A stretch of 64,000 bases of DNA from Gammaproteobacteria bacterium (GTDB lineage Bacteria > Pseudomonadota > Gammaproteobacteria > JAURND01). Each line of letters opens with the position of its first letter. Positions within the stretch are counted from its first letter, which is position 1. The notes beneath the pieces were generated by a model. The model ran no database searches, was not told the origin of the DNA, and saw nothing but the letters and a program-made list of their open reading frames with translations. Positions 1 through 9,239 of the stretch are shown here, piece after piece. The position numbers and the translations under genes were made by a program. The stretch covers positions 229,386 through 293,385 of the forward strand of contig DASZWJ010000019.1 in NCBI GenBank assembly GCA_035546635.1, in the 5' to 3' direction.

Positions 1-675
1 TTAACGAGTGATGCAAAAAAACGTCTGACGGCCATTGAATCACTAGAAGATTTAGGTGCAGGATTTATGTTGGCGACACATGATCTGGAAATTCGTGGCG
101 CTGGGGAGTTATTAGGTGATGAACAAAGCGGCCATATGCAAGAAATTGGTTTTTCACTGTATATGGAGTTATTGGAAGAAACGGTTAAAGCCTTGAAATC
201 AGGTAAAGAACCGCTGTTGGATAAACCGCTTGCGGCAGCTACAGAAATCAATTGTAAAATCCCTGCACTCATCCCTGAGAATTATTTACCCGATGTGCAC
301 ACGCGTTTGATGTTGTATAAACGTATAGCCAATGCCAAGAATAAAGCTGCGTTGGATGATCTACAAGCAGAAATGATAGACCGCTTCGGAATCTTACCGC
401 CTGCTACCAAAAATCTATTCCATATTACCGAATTGAAATTACAAGCAGAACCTTTGGGTGTGCGTAAAATTGATATGGGAGTAGAAACCGGCACGATTGA
501 ATTTTCACCTAACCCGGCCATTAATATGGCGGCCTTGATCCAATTGGTACAAAAACAACCTGAGCGCTATAAAGTAGTGGGAAGTGAGAAATTACGATTT
601 ACGATGCCTGAAGGTAATGTCGATGAGAGAATTAAGGCAATAGAATCCTTGTTGGAGAAATTAAGCATGCCATAA
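1..675 (+). CDS. mfd: Transcription-repair coupling factor Mfd, C-terminal fragment; the ORF is open from window position 1, and the track start at 67 is an internal Met
   Basis: Frame 1 translates from position 1 as ...RLTAIESLEDLGAGFMLATHDLEIRGAGELLGDEQSGH..., the conserved TRCF C-terminal region. There is no stop codon before 675. Confidence 0.88.
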   Translation, partial: LTSDAKKRLTAIESLEDLGAGFMLATHDLEIRGAGELLGDEQSGHMQEIGFSLYMELLEETVKALKSGKEPLLDKPLAAATEINCKIPALIPENYLPDVHTRLMLYKRIANAKNKAALDDLQAEMIDRFGILPPATKNLFHITELKLQAEPLGVRKIDMGVETGTIEFSPNPAINMAALIQLVQKQPERYKVVGSEKLRFTMPEGNVDERIKAIESLLEKLSMP

Positions 676-687
676 TTCGTCGCTGGG

Positions 688-737
688 GTTAATCACTGTA
701 ACCCCCTCTCCCCTTGTGGGAGAGGGGATATAGTGCT
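688..737. repeat. REP-like palindromic element, family A. Core is CCCCTCTCCCC-TTGTG-GGAGAGGGG, flanked by CACTGTAA / TAGTGC.
   Basis: Perfect 10-bp inverted repeat around a 5-nt loop, read directly. The core TCCCCTTGTGGGAG or its reverse complement recurs at 7899, 8029, 14666, 5318 and 26137. Confidence 0.7.
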
Positions 738-846
738 TTGCCGGACACCTATGCACAATTTAAAGATGCTTAGCAAGAGGCAGCCCATTCAGCAATTTCT
801 CCAAGCTGTGCTATCATCGTTCATTTTCACCCTGAACTTAAAAATT

Positions 847-2184
847 ATGTCACAAAAACTCTACATCAAAACCTTCGGCTGCCAGATGAACGAATACGAT
901 TCATCTAAAATGGTGGATGTGTTAAAAAACCATGCGGAAATGACCTTAACCGATACCCCTGAAGAAGCCGATATCCTATTACTGAATACGTGCTCCATCC
1001 GTGAAAAAGCCCAAGAAAAAGTGTTTTCCGATTTAGGTCGTTGGCGGCAATTAAAAACGGTGAAGCCTGAGTTAATTATTGGCGTGGGAGGATGCGTTGC
1101 CAGCCAGGAAGGGGAGCAGATTATTAAACGCGCACCATTTGTAGACTTGGTGTTTGGTCCGCAGACCCTGCACCGCCTGCCGGACATGCTCAAGCAACGT
1201 CAAGATACCCATAAGCCAGTCGTGGATATCTCGTTTCCAGAAATTGAGAAATTCGATAACCTACCAGAGCCCAAGGCCAATGGTGCTGCCGCAATGGTTT
1301 CCATTATGGAAGGCTGCAGCAAATATTGCAGCTTTTGTGTAGTGCCTTACACCCGGGGCGAAGAAATCAGTCGCCCATTTGATGATGTGATCTATGAAAT
1401 TGTCAAATTGGCAGAACAAGGGGTACGAGAAGTTACGTTGCTGGGACAGAATGTCAATGATTACCGCGGCCTCATGCATACTGACGGTAAAGCGTCTTTA
1501 GCATTACTCATTCATTATGTGGCTGCTATTCCTAGCATAGAGCGCATCCGCTTTACTACTTCGCATCCATTGGCTTTTTCAGATGACTTGATTGAAGCCT
1601 ATGCGACAGAACCGAAATTAGCTAATCACCTGCACTTACCGGTACAAAGTGGCTCAGACCGCATATTAGCTGCTATGAAACGTGGTTACACCACTTTAGA
1701 ATACAAAGCCAAAATTCGAAAACTACGCAAAGTCAGGCCGGATATCAGCATCACCTCAGACTTCATTGTCGGCTTTCCAGGCGAGACCGAAGCCGATTTT
1801 ATGGCCACTATGAATTTGATTGCTGAAGTCGGGTTTGATGATTCCTTCAGCTTTGTCTATAGCAAACGCCCAGGTACTCCAGCGGCACAACTATCGGATG
1901 ATGTGTCACTTGCGTTGAAGAAACAGCGTTTAAAACTATTACAAGAACGACTACGCCTACAGGGTAGTCACATCAGTGATGCCATGGTTGGCACCGAACA
2001 AAAAGTGTTAGTCGATATTCCGGCTGAACCCGATAAAGTGCTGCAGTTATCCGGCCGCACTGAAAACAATCGCACAGTTAAGTTTGCGGCCAATTCTGAA
2101 CAAATCAAGACGTTACCCGGTCAAATCATTGATATCAGAATCACTGCAGCTTCAAGACATATTCTAAATGGAACAATAGAATGA
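847..2184 (+). CDS. miaB: tRNA-2-methylthio-N6-dimethylallyladenosine synthase MiaB (radical-SAM methylthiotransferase)
   Basis: [19 protein letters not shown]... MTTase N-terminal domain, the radical-SAM CxxxCxxC motif ([15 protein letters not shown]) and a TRAM C-terminus. The ATG at 847 matches the MiaB N-terminus, so the track's upstream extension from 733 is unlikely. Confidence 0.93.
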   Translation: MSQKLYIKTFGCQMNEYDSSKMVDVLKNHAEMTLTDTPEEADILLLNTCSIREKAQEKVFSDLGRWRQLKTVKPELIIGVGGCVASQEGEQIIKRAPFVDLVFGPQTLHRLPDMLKQRQDTHKPVVDISFPEIEKFDNLPEPKANGAAAMVSIMEGCSKYCSFCVVPYTRGEEISRPFDDVIYEIVKLAEQGVREVTLLGQNVNDYRGLMHTDGKASLALLIHYVAAIPSIERIRFTTSHPLAFSDDLIEAYATEPKLANHLHLPVQSGSDRILAAMKRGYTTLEYKAKIRKLRKVRPDISITSDFIVGFPGETEADFMATMNLIAEVGFDDSFSFVYSKRPGTPAAQLSDDVSLALKKQRLKLLQERLRLQGSHISDAMVGTEQKVLVDIPAEPDKVLQLSGRTENNRTVKFAANSEQIKTLPGQIIDIRITAASRHILNGTIE

Positions 2185-3149
2185 AAAAACCCAGGCACAC
2201 CCTAGAAATGACTTTAACACCTTTTGATAACAAAAGACTCGCTGATCTTTGCGGACAATTTGATGAACACTTGCATCAAATTGAGCGTTACTGGGGTGTA
2301 GAAATCAATAATCGCGGCAATGTGTTTCAAATTATTGGCACTAAACGCTCTGTTAACAAAACCGAAGCCATATTGACGCGACTATTTGAGGAAACCGCTC
2401 ATCCAAATCAGGTCAATCTCGCCAAAATCCACGTATTACTACAAGCCATAGACCAGCAAAGCGAACATAAAAAACCCCCACCAGATTACAATGAATTTGT
2501 CATTAAAACGCGTTTGGTTAAAATTCGTCCGCGCAATCCTAATCAATTTCATTATATTAAAAATATTCAGAGCCATGATATCAGTTTTGGGGTGGGGCCT
2601 TCAGGCACAGGTAAAACTTATTTGGCTGTCGCTGAAGCGGTAACTTCTCTAGAAAATGATAAGGTCCAGCGCATTATTTTGGTGCGTCCGGCTGTAGAAG
2701 CTGGAGAGCGTTTAGGATTTTTACCAGGAGATATGGCGCAAAAAGTCGATCCCTATCTTCGTCCTTTATACGATGCTTTATATGAAATGCTAGGTATAGA
2801 GCAGGTGGATAAGCTGATAGAGCGGAATATTATCGAGGTTGCACCGCTGGCCTATATGCGGGGTAGAACCTTGAATGAAGCATTTATTATTCTGGATGAG
2901 GCGCAAAATACCACACGTGAACAAATGAAAATGTTCTTAACCCGTATTGGTTTTGGTTCTAAAGCCGTCATTACCGGCGATATTACGCAGATTGATTTGC
3001 CTAAAAATGAATTTTCCGGTCTGCGCCATGCCATTGCTGTATTAAATGAGATCAAAGATATACACTTTACGTTTTTTCAGGCGCGCGATGTAGTGCGCCA
3101 TCCTATTGTTCAATTAATTATTCAAGCTTACGAAAAAGCCGAGAAATGA
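2181..3149 (+). CDS. ybeZ: PhoH-like ATPase (YbeZ)
   Basis: Walker [15 protein letters not shown] and the PhoH family signature. The ATGA start/stop overlap with miaB indicates a conserved miaB-ybeZ-ybeY operon. Confidence 0.9.
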   Translation: MKKPRHTLEMTLTPFDNKRLADLCGQFDEHLHQIERYWGVEINNRGNVFQIIGTKRSVNKTEAILTRLFEETAHPNQVNLAKIHVLLQAIDQQSEHKKPPPDYNEFVIKTRLVKIRPRNPNQFHYIKNIQSHDISFGVGPSGTGKTYLAVAEAVTSLENDKVQRIILVRPAVEAGERLGFLPGDMAQKVDPYLRPLYDALYEMLGIEQVDKLIERNIIEVAPLAYMRGRTLNEAFIILDEAQNTTREQMKMFLTRIGFGSKAVITGDITQIDLPKNEFSGLRHAIAVLNEIKDIHFTFFQARDVVRHPIVQLIIQAYEKAEK

Positions 3150-3613
3150 CGTTACGCCTACACTTGCAACATGCTACCTCGTTAAAACCACTGCCTAGCA
3201 GGCCGCAATTCCGACGTTGGATATTGGCAGCTTTGGCTGGGGCTAAAAAATTTCCTCTTGAATCACCGAGAGAACTCACGATTCGCTTGGTAGATGAAGC
3301 GGAAAGCGCTGAATTGAATAGTACTTACCGACACAAAAAAGGACCTACAAATGTGCTTTCTTTTGTGTTTGATTCTCCGTCTGAAGTAAATATCCCAATA
3401 TATTTGGGAGACCTAGTCATCTGCGCACCTTTGGTGTTAACAGAGGCAGAACAACAGCAAAAGCCTATACTTGCCCACTTTGCTCACCTGACTATTCATG
3501 GAGTCTTGCATTTATTGGGTTATGACCATGAAACGGAACAAGATGCTAATGTAATGGAAAATCTGGAGACGACTATTTTAGGGCAATTGAAGATTGCAGA
3601 TCCATATGCCTAA
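3146..3613 (+). CDS. ybeY: Endoribonuclease YbeY (16S rRNA maturation)
   Basis: Conserved metal-binding motif [12 protein letters not shown]. Overlaps the ybeZ stop. Confidence 0.9.
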   Translation: MTLRLHLQHATSLKPLPSRPQFRRWILAALAGAKKFPLESPRELTIRLVDEAESAELNSTYRHKKGPTNVLSFVFDSPSEVNIPIYLGDLVICAPLVLTEAEQQQKPILAHFAHLTIHGVLHLLGYDHETEQDANVMENLETTILGQLKIADPYA

Positions 3614-3711
3614 CCTAGCTGTCATCCTCTGAATATAAAAAAGATGCAGAACATCGCACTCACTGCTACAATCCGTAAAAAATAGAATCAATCTACAGGG
3701 AGTATCGCGGT

Positions 3712-5280
3712 ATGGAAACGGAAGCCTCATCTTCATCCTTTAAATCATCTTTACAGCTTGTCCAACCTCAAGATACCATTGCAGCCGAATCGACTACAGC
3801 GGCTCAACACCAACTACTTGAAATCACTACCCACGTTGCGGCTCAGCTTCGCCAATTGCTAGGTCGACCTTTACGCGTAGTGGATTTAGGATGTGATGAT
3901 GGTTTATTCAGCCTGCAACTTGCCTGCGAGGGCGATGAAGTCATAGGTGCTGACTCAAATCAAGCACACATCTTAACCTGCCAAGCACGGGCCAAAGAAC
4001 TTGGCCTCACCACAACTTTTGTGACAGCCGACATCAGTAATTGGCAGAATTGTGGGAAATCATTTGACCTGGCGCTGGCATTTAATTTGACGCAGTTATC
4101 TGATTTGACGAAGATAGAGAAAACTGTACAAGCTTTATCACAGCGGGCAACCATCGCACTGATTACATCGTCTTGGCAGAATACACAAGAGAATACTTCT
4201 AATCCATTACCAGCTAACCCCTTTCAATTACTTCGACCCTATGCCTATCTTGAAAAATTAACAGAATACCCATCTAGCGTCACTGACATTAAAAACCCTG
4301 TTTTTTTCTGCAGCAATGCCTATTGGTACGCCAAGGGGGCTATGCAACGTTTTGATTATTGGACAGAACAATCACGCCAACGCTTTGAAAAAGAAGTGCA
4401 TAATAATATTTATCCGCATCGGCAGACACGTCGTTACTATTTTAATGATACCCGGATGTTGAAGCATTATCGCTTAACTGGGGATAAAATTAAAAGCAAC
4501 CGCAATGAAATTCAAGCTGAAATTAATTTTATTAACAATAATATGGATAAAATTAACACACTACCACGTATGCAAGCTTACAATATAAGCGAAGATGATG
4601 CCTGGATGTTGCGAGAAAAATTTTCTGGTATTAGATTAAGTTGTGCCATTTCTGACGGCATGGATTATGACCCTAAAAAAATTCTGGTCAGCATTTTACA
4701 GCAGTTGGCCTTATTTGAGCGTCATGGTTTTTATCAGAATGATCTTAGGCCGTGGAATTTTATTTTATCTGAGAATGATACGATATTTTTAATCGATTAT
4801 GGCACTGTCAGCCAAACACCCCGCGATTCATTATCCAGAAAAAAAAGTGTATTCATGAGCTTTTTAGTGTTGGCTCATGAAATTATTTATAGAAAAGTGC
4901 TACTTGTCAGGCAATTCAGCCCAGTTTTTATAAGCCCAAGATATTTTCCTGACAATTATGCCACGTGGTTATACCATCTACTTAGTACTGATTTTAGTCA
5001 GTGGAGTTTTGCATTATTTTTAGAATTGCTTGACCGCAAAGAATTACCCGATAGACATTCTAGAACAGCAGCTAATAATATGCTGTTGTGGCTTGACGAA
5101 ATAGATCAGCACTTGGGCAATCCTAAATTTAAAATGCAGCATTTTCAAAAGTATTTTATTAAAAAATTACATCTGGAAGTTACTAAAGCTGGTTGGAAAA
5201 GCAAGCTTACTACCTTTGTAAATAAGTTTTTACTATTATTGCCGCGCTTTAACCAAAAACCTAATCCTGAGCTTGAGTAG
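3712..5280 (+). CDS. Bifunctional SAM-dependent methyltransferase / eukaryotic-like kinase fusion protein, WbdD-like architecture (paralogue A)
   Basis: The N-terminus carries methyltransferase motif I (LRVVDLGCDDG ... DEVIGAD) and a post-I acidic residue. The C-terminus carries a kinase catalytic loop HGFYQNDLRPWNF (HxDxxxxN) and a DFG-like IDYG. The RBS AGGGAG lies 9 bp upstream. It shares about 35-40% identity, at the same domain positions, with the ORF at 55198-56775. Confidence 0.6.
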   Translation: METEASSSSFKSSLQLVQPQDTIAAESTTAAQHQLLEITTHVAAQLRQLLGRPLRVVDLGCDDGLFSLQLACEGDEVIGADSNQAHILTCQARAKELGLTTTFVTADISNWQNCGKSFDLALAFNLTQLSDLTKIEKTVQALSQRATIALITSSWQNTQENTSNPLPANPFQLLRPYAYLEKLTEYPSSVTDIKNPVFFCSNAYWYAKGAMQRFDYWTEQSRQRFEKEVHNNIYPHRQTRRYYFNDTRMLKHYRLTGDKIKSNRNEIQAEINFINNNMDKINTLPRMQAYNISEDDAWMLREKFSGIRLSCAISDGMDYDPKKILVSILQQLALFERHGFYQNDLRPWNFILSENDTIFLIDYGTVSQTPRDSLSRKKSVFMSFLVLAHEIIYRKVLLVRQFSPVFISPRYFPDNYATWLYHLLSTDFSQWSFALFLELLDRKELPDRHSRTAANNMLLWLDEIDQHLGNPKFKMQHFQKYFIKKLHLEVTKAGWKSKLTTFVNKFLLLLPRFNQKPNPELE

Positions 5281-5302
5281 AAGGTTTCTCTTCGCAAAAC
5301 AC

Positions 5303-5360
5303 TTAACCTCTCCCATCCCACAAGGGGATTCCCTTCGGTCATAGACGGGAGAGGTTAAAG
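5303..5360. repeat. REP-like palindromic element, family B (CTTAACCTCTCCC ... loop CCACAAGGGGATTCCCTTCGGTCATA ... GGGAGAGGTTAAAG)
   Basis: 16-bp near-perfect inverted repeat with a structured loop. A second copy with the same loop sequence lies at 26111-26186. Confidence 0.7.
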
Positions 5361-5456
5361 TTCTTAAGAAGGAAATACAATTACAATCTTCATATTAACC
5401 ATCCGACATGGTAAGCTGCGCGCAATTCCTAAGTCACCAAGAAAACGGGCTAAACT

Positions 5457-7856
5457 TTGAAATCCAAATTAAAAGCCACAATCCCATCAAAATTTGCCGA
5501 CCATTTTAAACGTCGTCTCAGTGAAGGCGTGCTGCTTGTCGTTGGCATGGTTGCTTTATATTTATTATTAGCGCTATTTACGCATATCCCATCCGACCCC
5601 ACCTGGTCACATATCACTAAACCCATGAGTGTGGTCAATGGCGGCGGCCGAGTTGGCGCATTCCTATCGGATTTTCTACTGTATCTGTTTGGTCGTTTTG
5701 CCTATCTATTCCCACTGATGTTGTTTTACAGCGCATGGTTATATTTCCGCCATCGTGATGAATTAGACACAGATTTCCTCTCTTATTTTCTAATGCTACG
5801 TGGTGCAGGATTTCTCTTTATTTTAGTGCCTGGATGCGCCTTAGCCAGCATTCACTGGGGAATAGCTTCTTTGGCTGATGGAGGAGGTCTGCTTGGCAAG
5901 TGGATTTCCTTCAGCATGATCCGGTTTTTTAACTATTCTGGGGCAAGTTTGATTCTATTAGGGTTGTTTTTAACTGGCCTCACCCTGTTCACCGGATTAT
6001 CTTGGTTAAAATTAGCTGATTATCTCGGTGAGCGCGCCTTTCGCGTAAGTGGCTATTTTCAAGCAATGGCGCATCGTATCGATCAATGGGCTACCAATTC
6101 CAGTATAGAACCAGAACCGGAGTCAGAAGAAGAAACTCCAGCAACACCCTCGCAATCGCTGCCGAAATCCAAACCACAGATTATGCGAGTCGAGCCCAAA
6201 GTTGCGGCACTCAAAGAAATTGAAATTGCCGATCCTGATGAGCCCTATATTTCTTCATTGCAATCAGTTGCTCCTCCGGTGATATCTCCCAAAAGAGTTG
6301 CCACGCCTAAACCATCACCCCGAGCCACGCCGGAACCTTCAGGCTTATTTGAACCGCCGCTGGCAGGTACTTTACCTCCCTTAACCTTACTTGATCCGCC
6401 AGATCACAGCAACGTCAAGGGTTACACTAATCAACAACTGGAAGCCATATCACGAGACGTTGAGTTACGGTTGGAGGATTTTGGCATCCAGGTCAAAGTC
6501 GTCGCCGTGCACCCAGGACCCGTAGTCACTCGTTTTGAGTTGCAATTGGCAGCAGGCACTAAAGTCAGTCGTATTACCGCACTCGCTAAAGATTTGGCAC
6601 GCTCCCTATCAGTTCTGAGTGTGCGCGTGGTAGAAATCATCCCTGGCAAATCCGTCATCGGTCTGGAATTACCCAATATCGATCGCGAAATAGTACGCCT
6701 GCGTGAAATCCTCTCTTCGGAACTGTATCAAAATGCGCATTCACCACTAGCTTTAGCGATGGGTAAAGATATTGCCGGCAGCCCAGTGATTGTCGACCTT
6801 GCGAAAATGCCGCATCTACTCGTCGCTGGAACCACAGGTTCAGGTAAATCGGTTGGCTTGAATGCGATGTTGCTGAGTATGCTATTTAAAGCGACACCTG
6901 CCCAATTGCGTATGATTTTGATTGATCCCAAGATGTTGGAGTTATCTATTTATGAAGGCATTCCGCATTTATTAACTCCTGTAGTGACAGATATGAAAGA
7001 TGCAGCCAATGCCTTACGTTGGGCTGTGGCTGAGATGGACAGACGTTATCGTCTCATGGCAGCGCTTGGCGTGCGTAATTTGGCAGGTTATAACGCCAAA
7101 ATTAAAGCGGCTAGTACTGCAGGTGCTCCAATCCTCGATCCCTTATGGCCAGCTGATTTTGCTGAGGAAGCTCCGCCATTGGAGGAATTAGCTTATATCG
7201 TGATATTGGTGGATGAATTTGCCGATATGATGATGTTGGTAGGCAAAAAAGTAGAAGAATTAATTGCGCGCATCGCCCAAAAAGCCCGCGCTGCAGGCAT
7301 CCATCTGATTCTTGCCACCCAAAGACCGTCGGTCGATGTCATCACAGGGCTGATTAAGGCGAATATTCCGACGCGCATTGCATTTCAAGTATCTTCTAAA
7401 ATTGACTCTCGCACCATTTTAGATCAGCAGGGCGCTGAACAGTTGTTGGGTCATGGCGATATGCTGTATCTCGCGCCCGGCACGGGCGTGCCCATACGTA
7501 TTCATGGTGCATTTGTGGCTGATGAAGAAGTGCACCGTGCCGTTCAAGATCTTAAGCGTCGAGGCGAGCCACAATATCTCAATGAAATTTTATCAGGAGA
7601 TAATGAATCCGCAGAGGGCGCTGCTGGCGGAGAAGGTGGTGATTTTGCGGGCGAACAGGATCCCTTATACGATCAAGCGGTGCAAATTGTCATCGAAACA
7701 CGCCGCGCTTCAATTTCTAATATCCAGCGCCGTTTGAAGATTGGTTATAACCGCGCTGCGAATATTGTCGAATCCATGGAGGCAGCAGGCGTAGTAAGCC
7801 GAATGGATCATACAGGGAGCAGGGAAGTGTTGGTGCAGAATGCGATGGCGGATTGA
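5457..7856 (+). CDS. ftsK: DNA translocase FtsK. The TTG at 5457 is the first possible start, because an in-frame stop lies at 5451-5453.
   Basis: N-terminal membrane segments, a Pro/Ser-rich linker, motor-domain Walker A GTTGSGKS, and a C-terminal gamma winged-helix domain ([30 protein letters not shown]). Confidence 0.9.
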   Translation: MKSKLKATIPSKFADHFKRRLSEGVLLVVGMVALYLLLALFTHIPSDPTWSHITKPMSVVNGGGRVGAFLSDFLLYLFGRFAYLFPLMLFYSAWLYFRHRDELDTDFLSYFLMLRGAGFLFILVPGCALASIHWGIASLADGGGLLGKWISFSMIRFFNYSGASLILLGLFLTGLTLFTGLSWLKLADYLGERAFRVSGYFQAMAHRIDQWATNSSIEPEPESEEETPATPSQSLPKSKPQIMRVEPKVAALKEIEIADPDEPYISSLQSVAPPVISPKRVATPKPSPRATPEPSGLFEPPLAGTLPPLTLLDPPDHSNVKGYTNQQLEAISRDVELRLEDFGIQVKVVAVHPGPVVTRFELQLAAGTKVSRITALAKDLARSLSVLSVRVVEIIPGKSVIGLELPNIDREIVRLREILSSELYQNAHSPLALAMGKDIAGSPVIVDLAKMPHLLVAGTTGSGKSVGLNAMLLSMLFKATPAQLRMILIDPKMLELSIYEGIPHLLTPVVTDMKDAANALRWAVAEMDRRYRLMAALGVRNLAGYNAKIKAASTAGAPILDPLWPADFAEEAPPLEELAYIVILVDEFADMMMLVGKKVEELIARIAQKARAAGIHLILATQRPSVDVITGLIKANIPTRIAFQVSSKIDSRTILDQQGAEQLLGHGDMLYLAPGTGVPIRIHGAFVADEEVHRAVQDLKRRGEPQYLNEILSGDNESAEGAAGGEGGDFAGEQDPLYDQAVQIVIETRRASISNIQRRLKIGYNRAANIVESMEAAGVVSRMDHTGSREVLVQNAMAD

Positions 7857-7876
7857 GAAAGCACAACTCCCTTTCC

Positions 7877-8088
7877 CCATAAGCACTGTAATCCCCTCTC
7901 TCCTCGTGGGAGAGGGTGAGATTAGGCCATTGCATTAAAAAATGAAAAAACTATATTCTTTATGATAAATTTATCTTTTTTTTGAGCGAAACGGCCTTAG
8001 TTACCCCTCCGTAACCCTCTCCCACAAGGGGATAGGGGATTACAGTGCTTAACCTAACTCCTATACCCATAAGAGGAGAGGGAATAAA
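7877..8088. repeat. Cluster of two or three family-A REP-like palindromes between ftsK and rdgC
   Basis: 7888-7925 reads GTAATCCCCTCTCTCC-TCGTG-GGAGAGGGTGAGATTA. 8011-8052 reads TAACCCTCTCCCACAAGGGGATAGGGGATTACAGTGC, the same family as 688-737 in reverse. A shorter related motif CCCATAAGAGGAGAGGG lies at 8066-8084. Confidence 0.65.
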
Positions 8089-8095
8089 GTAGTGT

Positions 8096-9022
8096 TCATG
8101 CTACTGCTGTAGCCACCTCTTTTTCCGTGATCTGAATAAACGATTCCGCCAAATCCTTAAGCAACGCCGATAATACTTCAGTCATAATAAAAAAATCCGC
8201 CGCAAACTGCTGCTGCTTAGTTTCCGGTTCTAACTCTTTGGCTTGCGCAATGACCTCATCCTGAAACTTAATAGAACGTAAGGAAAAATCATCTGCCAGC
8301 ACAAATTGCACATGTTCTCGCCAGGAAAGCGCTAATTGTGTCACTTCACAGCCATCTTTTAAAATCCATTGTATACCATTAGCTGATAAATCCTGCTGCT
8401 GACAACGAATCACACGACTTTGCTTACGTGGATCACTTAAGACACAGGATTTTTCTATAGTAAAGGTCTCTGGGTAATTTTCATGTGATAACCAGCGGGT
8501 CAGCGCGGTAGTTAGCTTGGTTGCTATCAGCGGCTGCATACTGGTTGCTGGTAAGGACTTTTTGAGTAGCTCCAGAAATTTCTCAGCTCTGGGCTTGGAC
8601 ACAGTATCCAACACTAACCAATTGTTCTTAGTATCCACATAAGCATAAATTCGCGACATCTTACTAAAAGCTCGCGGCAGCAAGGTCTGAATAATTTCAT
8701 CTTTTAAAGCATATTTCTCTTTTTGCGAAACTTTGCGATCTCGAAGAGCAGAAATTTCTTTGGCTTTTTCTTCTACCGCCTGACGCACCACCGTCGCCGG
8801 CAATATTTTTTCCTCTAGTTGTAAACACAGCAACATATAACCATTCACGCCATGTGCTAGCGGTGCATCCTCTTGTTCCAACGGTGGCACAAAGCCGCAG
8901 CTAAAGGGCAAGCTGGGCAAGCAAGGTGTAAACGTCAACGGCTGCAAATGATCGCATAAAGCCTCTGTATCGAAGCGCAGAGCCGGAGAGAGTTGAAGAA
9001 TTTGGGTTTGTTTGAACCACAT
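8096..9022 (-). CDS. rdgC: Recombination-associated protein RdgC
   Basis: The MWFKQTQILQL... N-terminus and a length of about 308 aa are typical of RdgC. Confidence 0.82.
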   Translation of the reverse strand: MWFKQTQILQLSPALRFDTEALCDHLQPLTFTPCLPSLPFSCGFVPPLEQEDAPLAHGVNGYMLLCLQLEEKILPATVVRQAVEEKAKEISALRDRKVSQKEKYALKDEIIQTLLPRAFSKMSRIYAYVDTKNNWLVLDTVSKPRAEKFLELLKKSLPATSMQPLIATKLTTALTRWLSHENYPETFTIEKSCVLSDPRKQSRVIRCQQQDLSANGIQWILKDGCEVTQLALSWREHVQFVLADDFSLRSIKFQDEVIAQAKELEPETKQQQFAADFFIMTEVLSALLKDLAESFIQITEKEVATAVA

Positions 9023-9239
9023 AGAATTTCACCATATTTAATTTTCAAATGTGCTTCGAGTATATCAAGTCTATAAACCTATCTGAAACCCTTATGCCTA
9101 GTTAATTTAAATTTTTATGCGCTAATTAATAACACTCTAGGTAAACACAAATTTAATAATCTATTAAGAAACACTTGTTAGTATTGAAAAAATATTAATT
9201 ATATATAAACCAATTTAAAATAAATTAGGTACAAAAGCT

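Noticed and set aside
282-1479. Multiple 60-110-aa reverse-strand ORFs nested inside mfd and miaB (282-521, 861-1193, 1261-1479), and similar antisense ORFs throughout the track (for example inside ftsK, rne, thiC, rpsA, mutS and the his genes)
   Set aside because: They are fully embedded in, and antisense or out-of-frame to, genes with unambiguous homology. They have no RBS or conservation signal. They are treated as six-frame noise.
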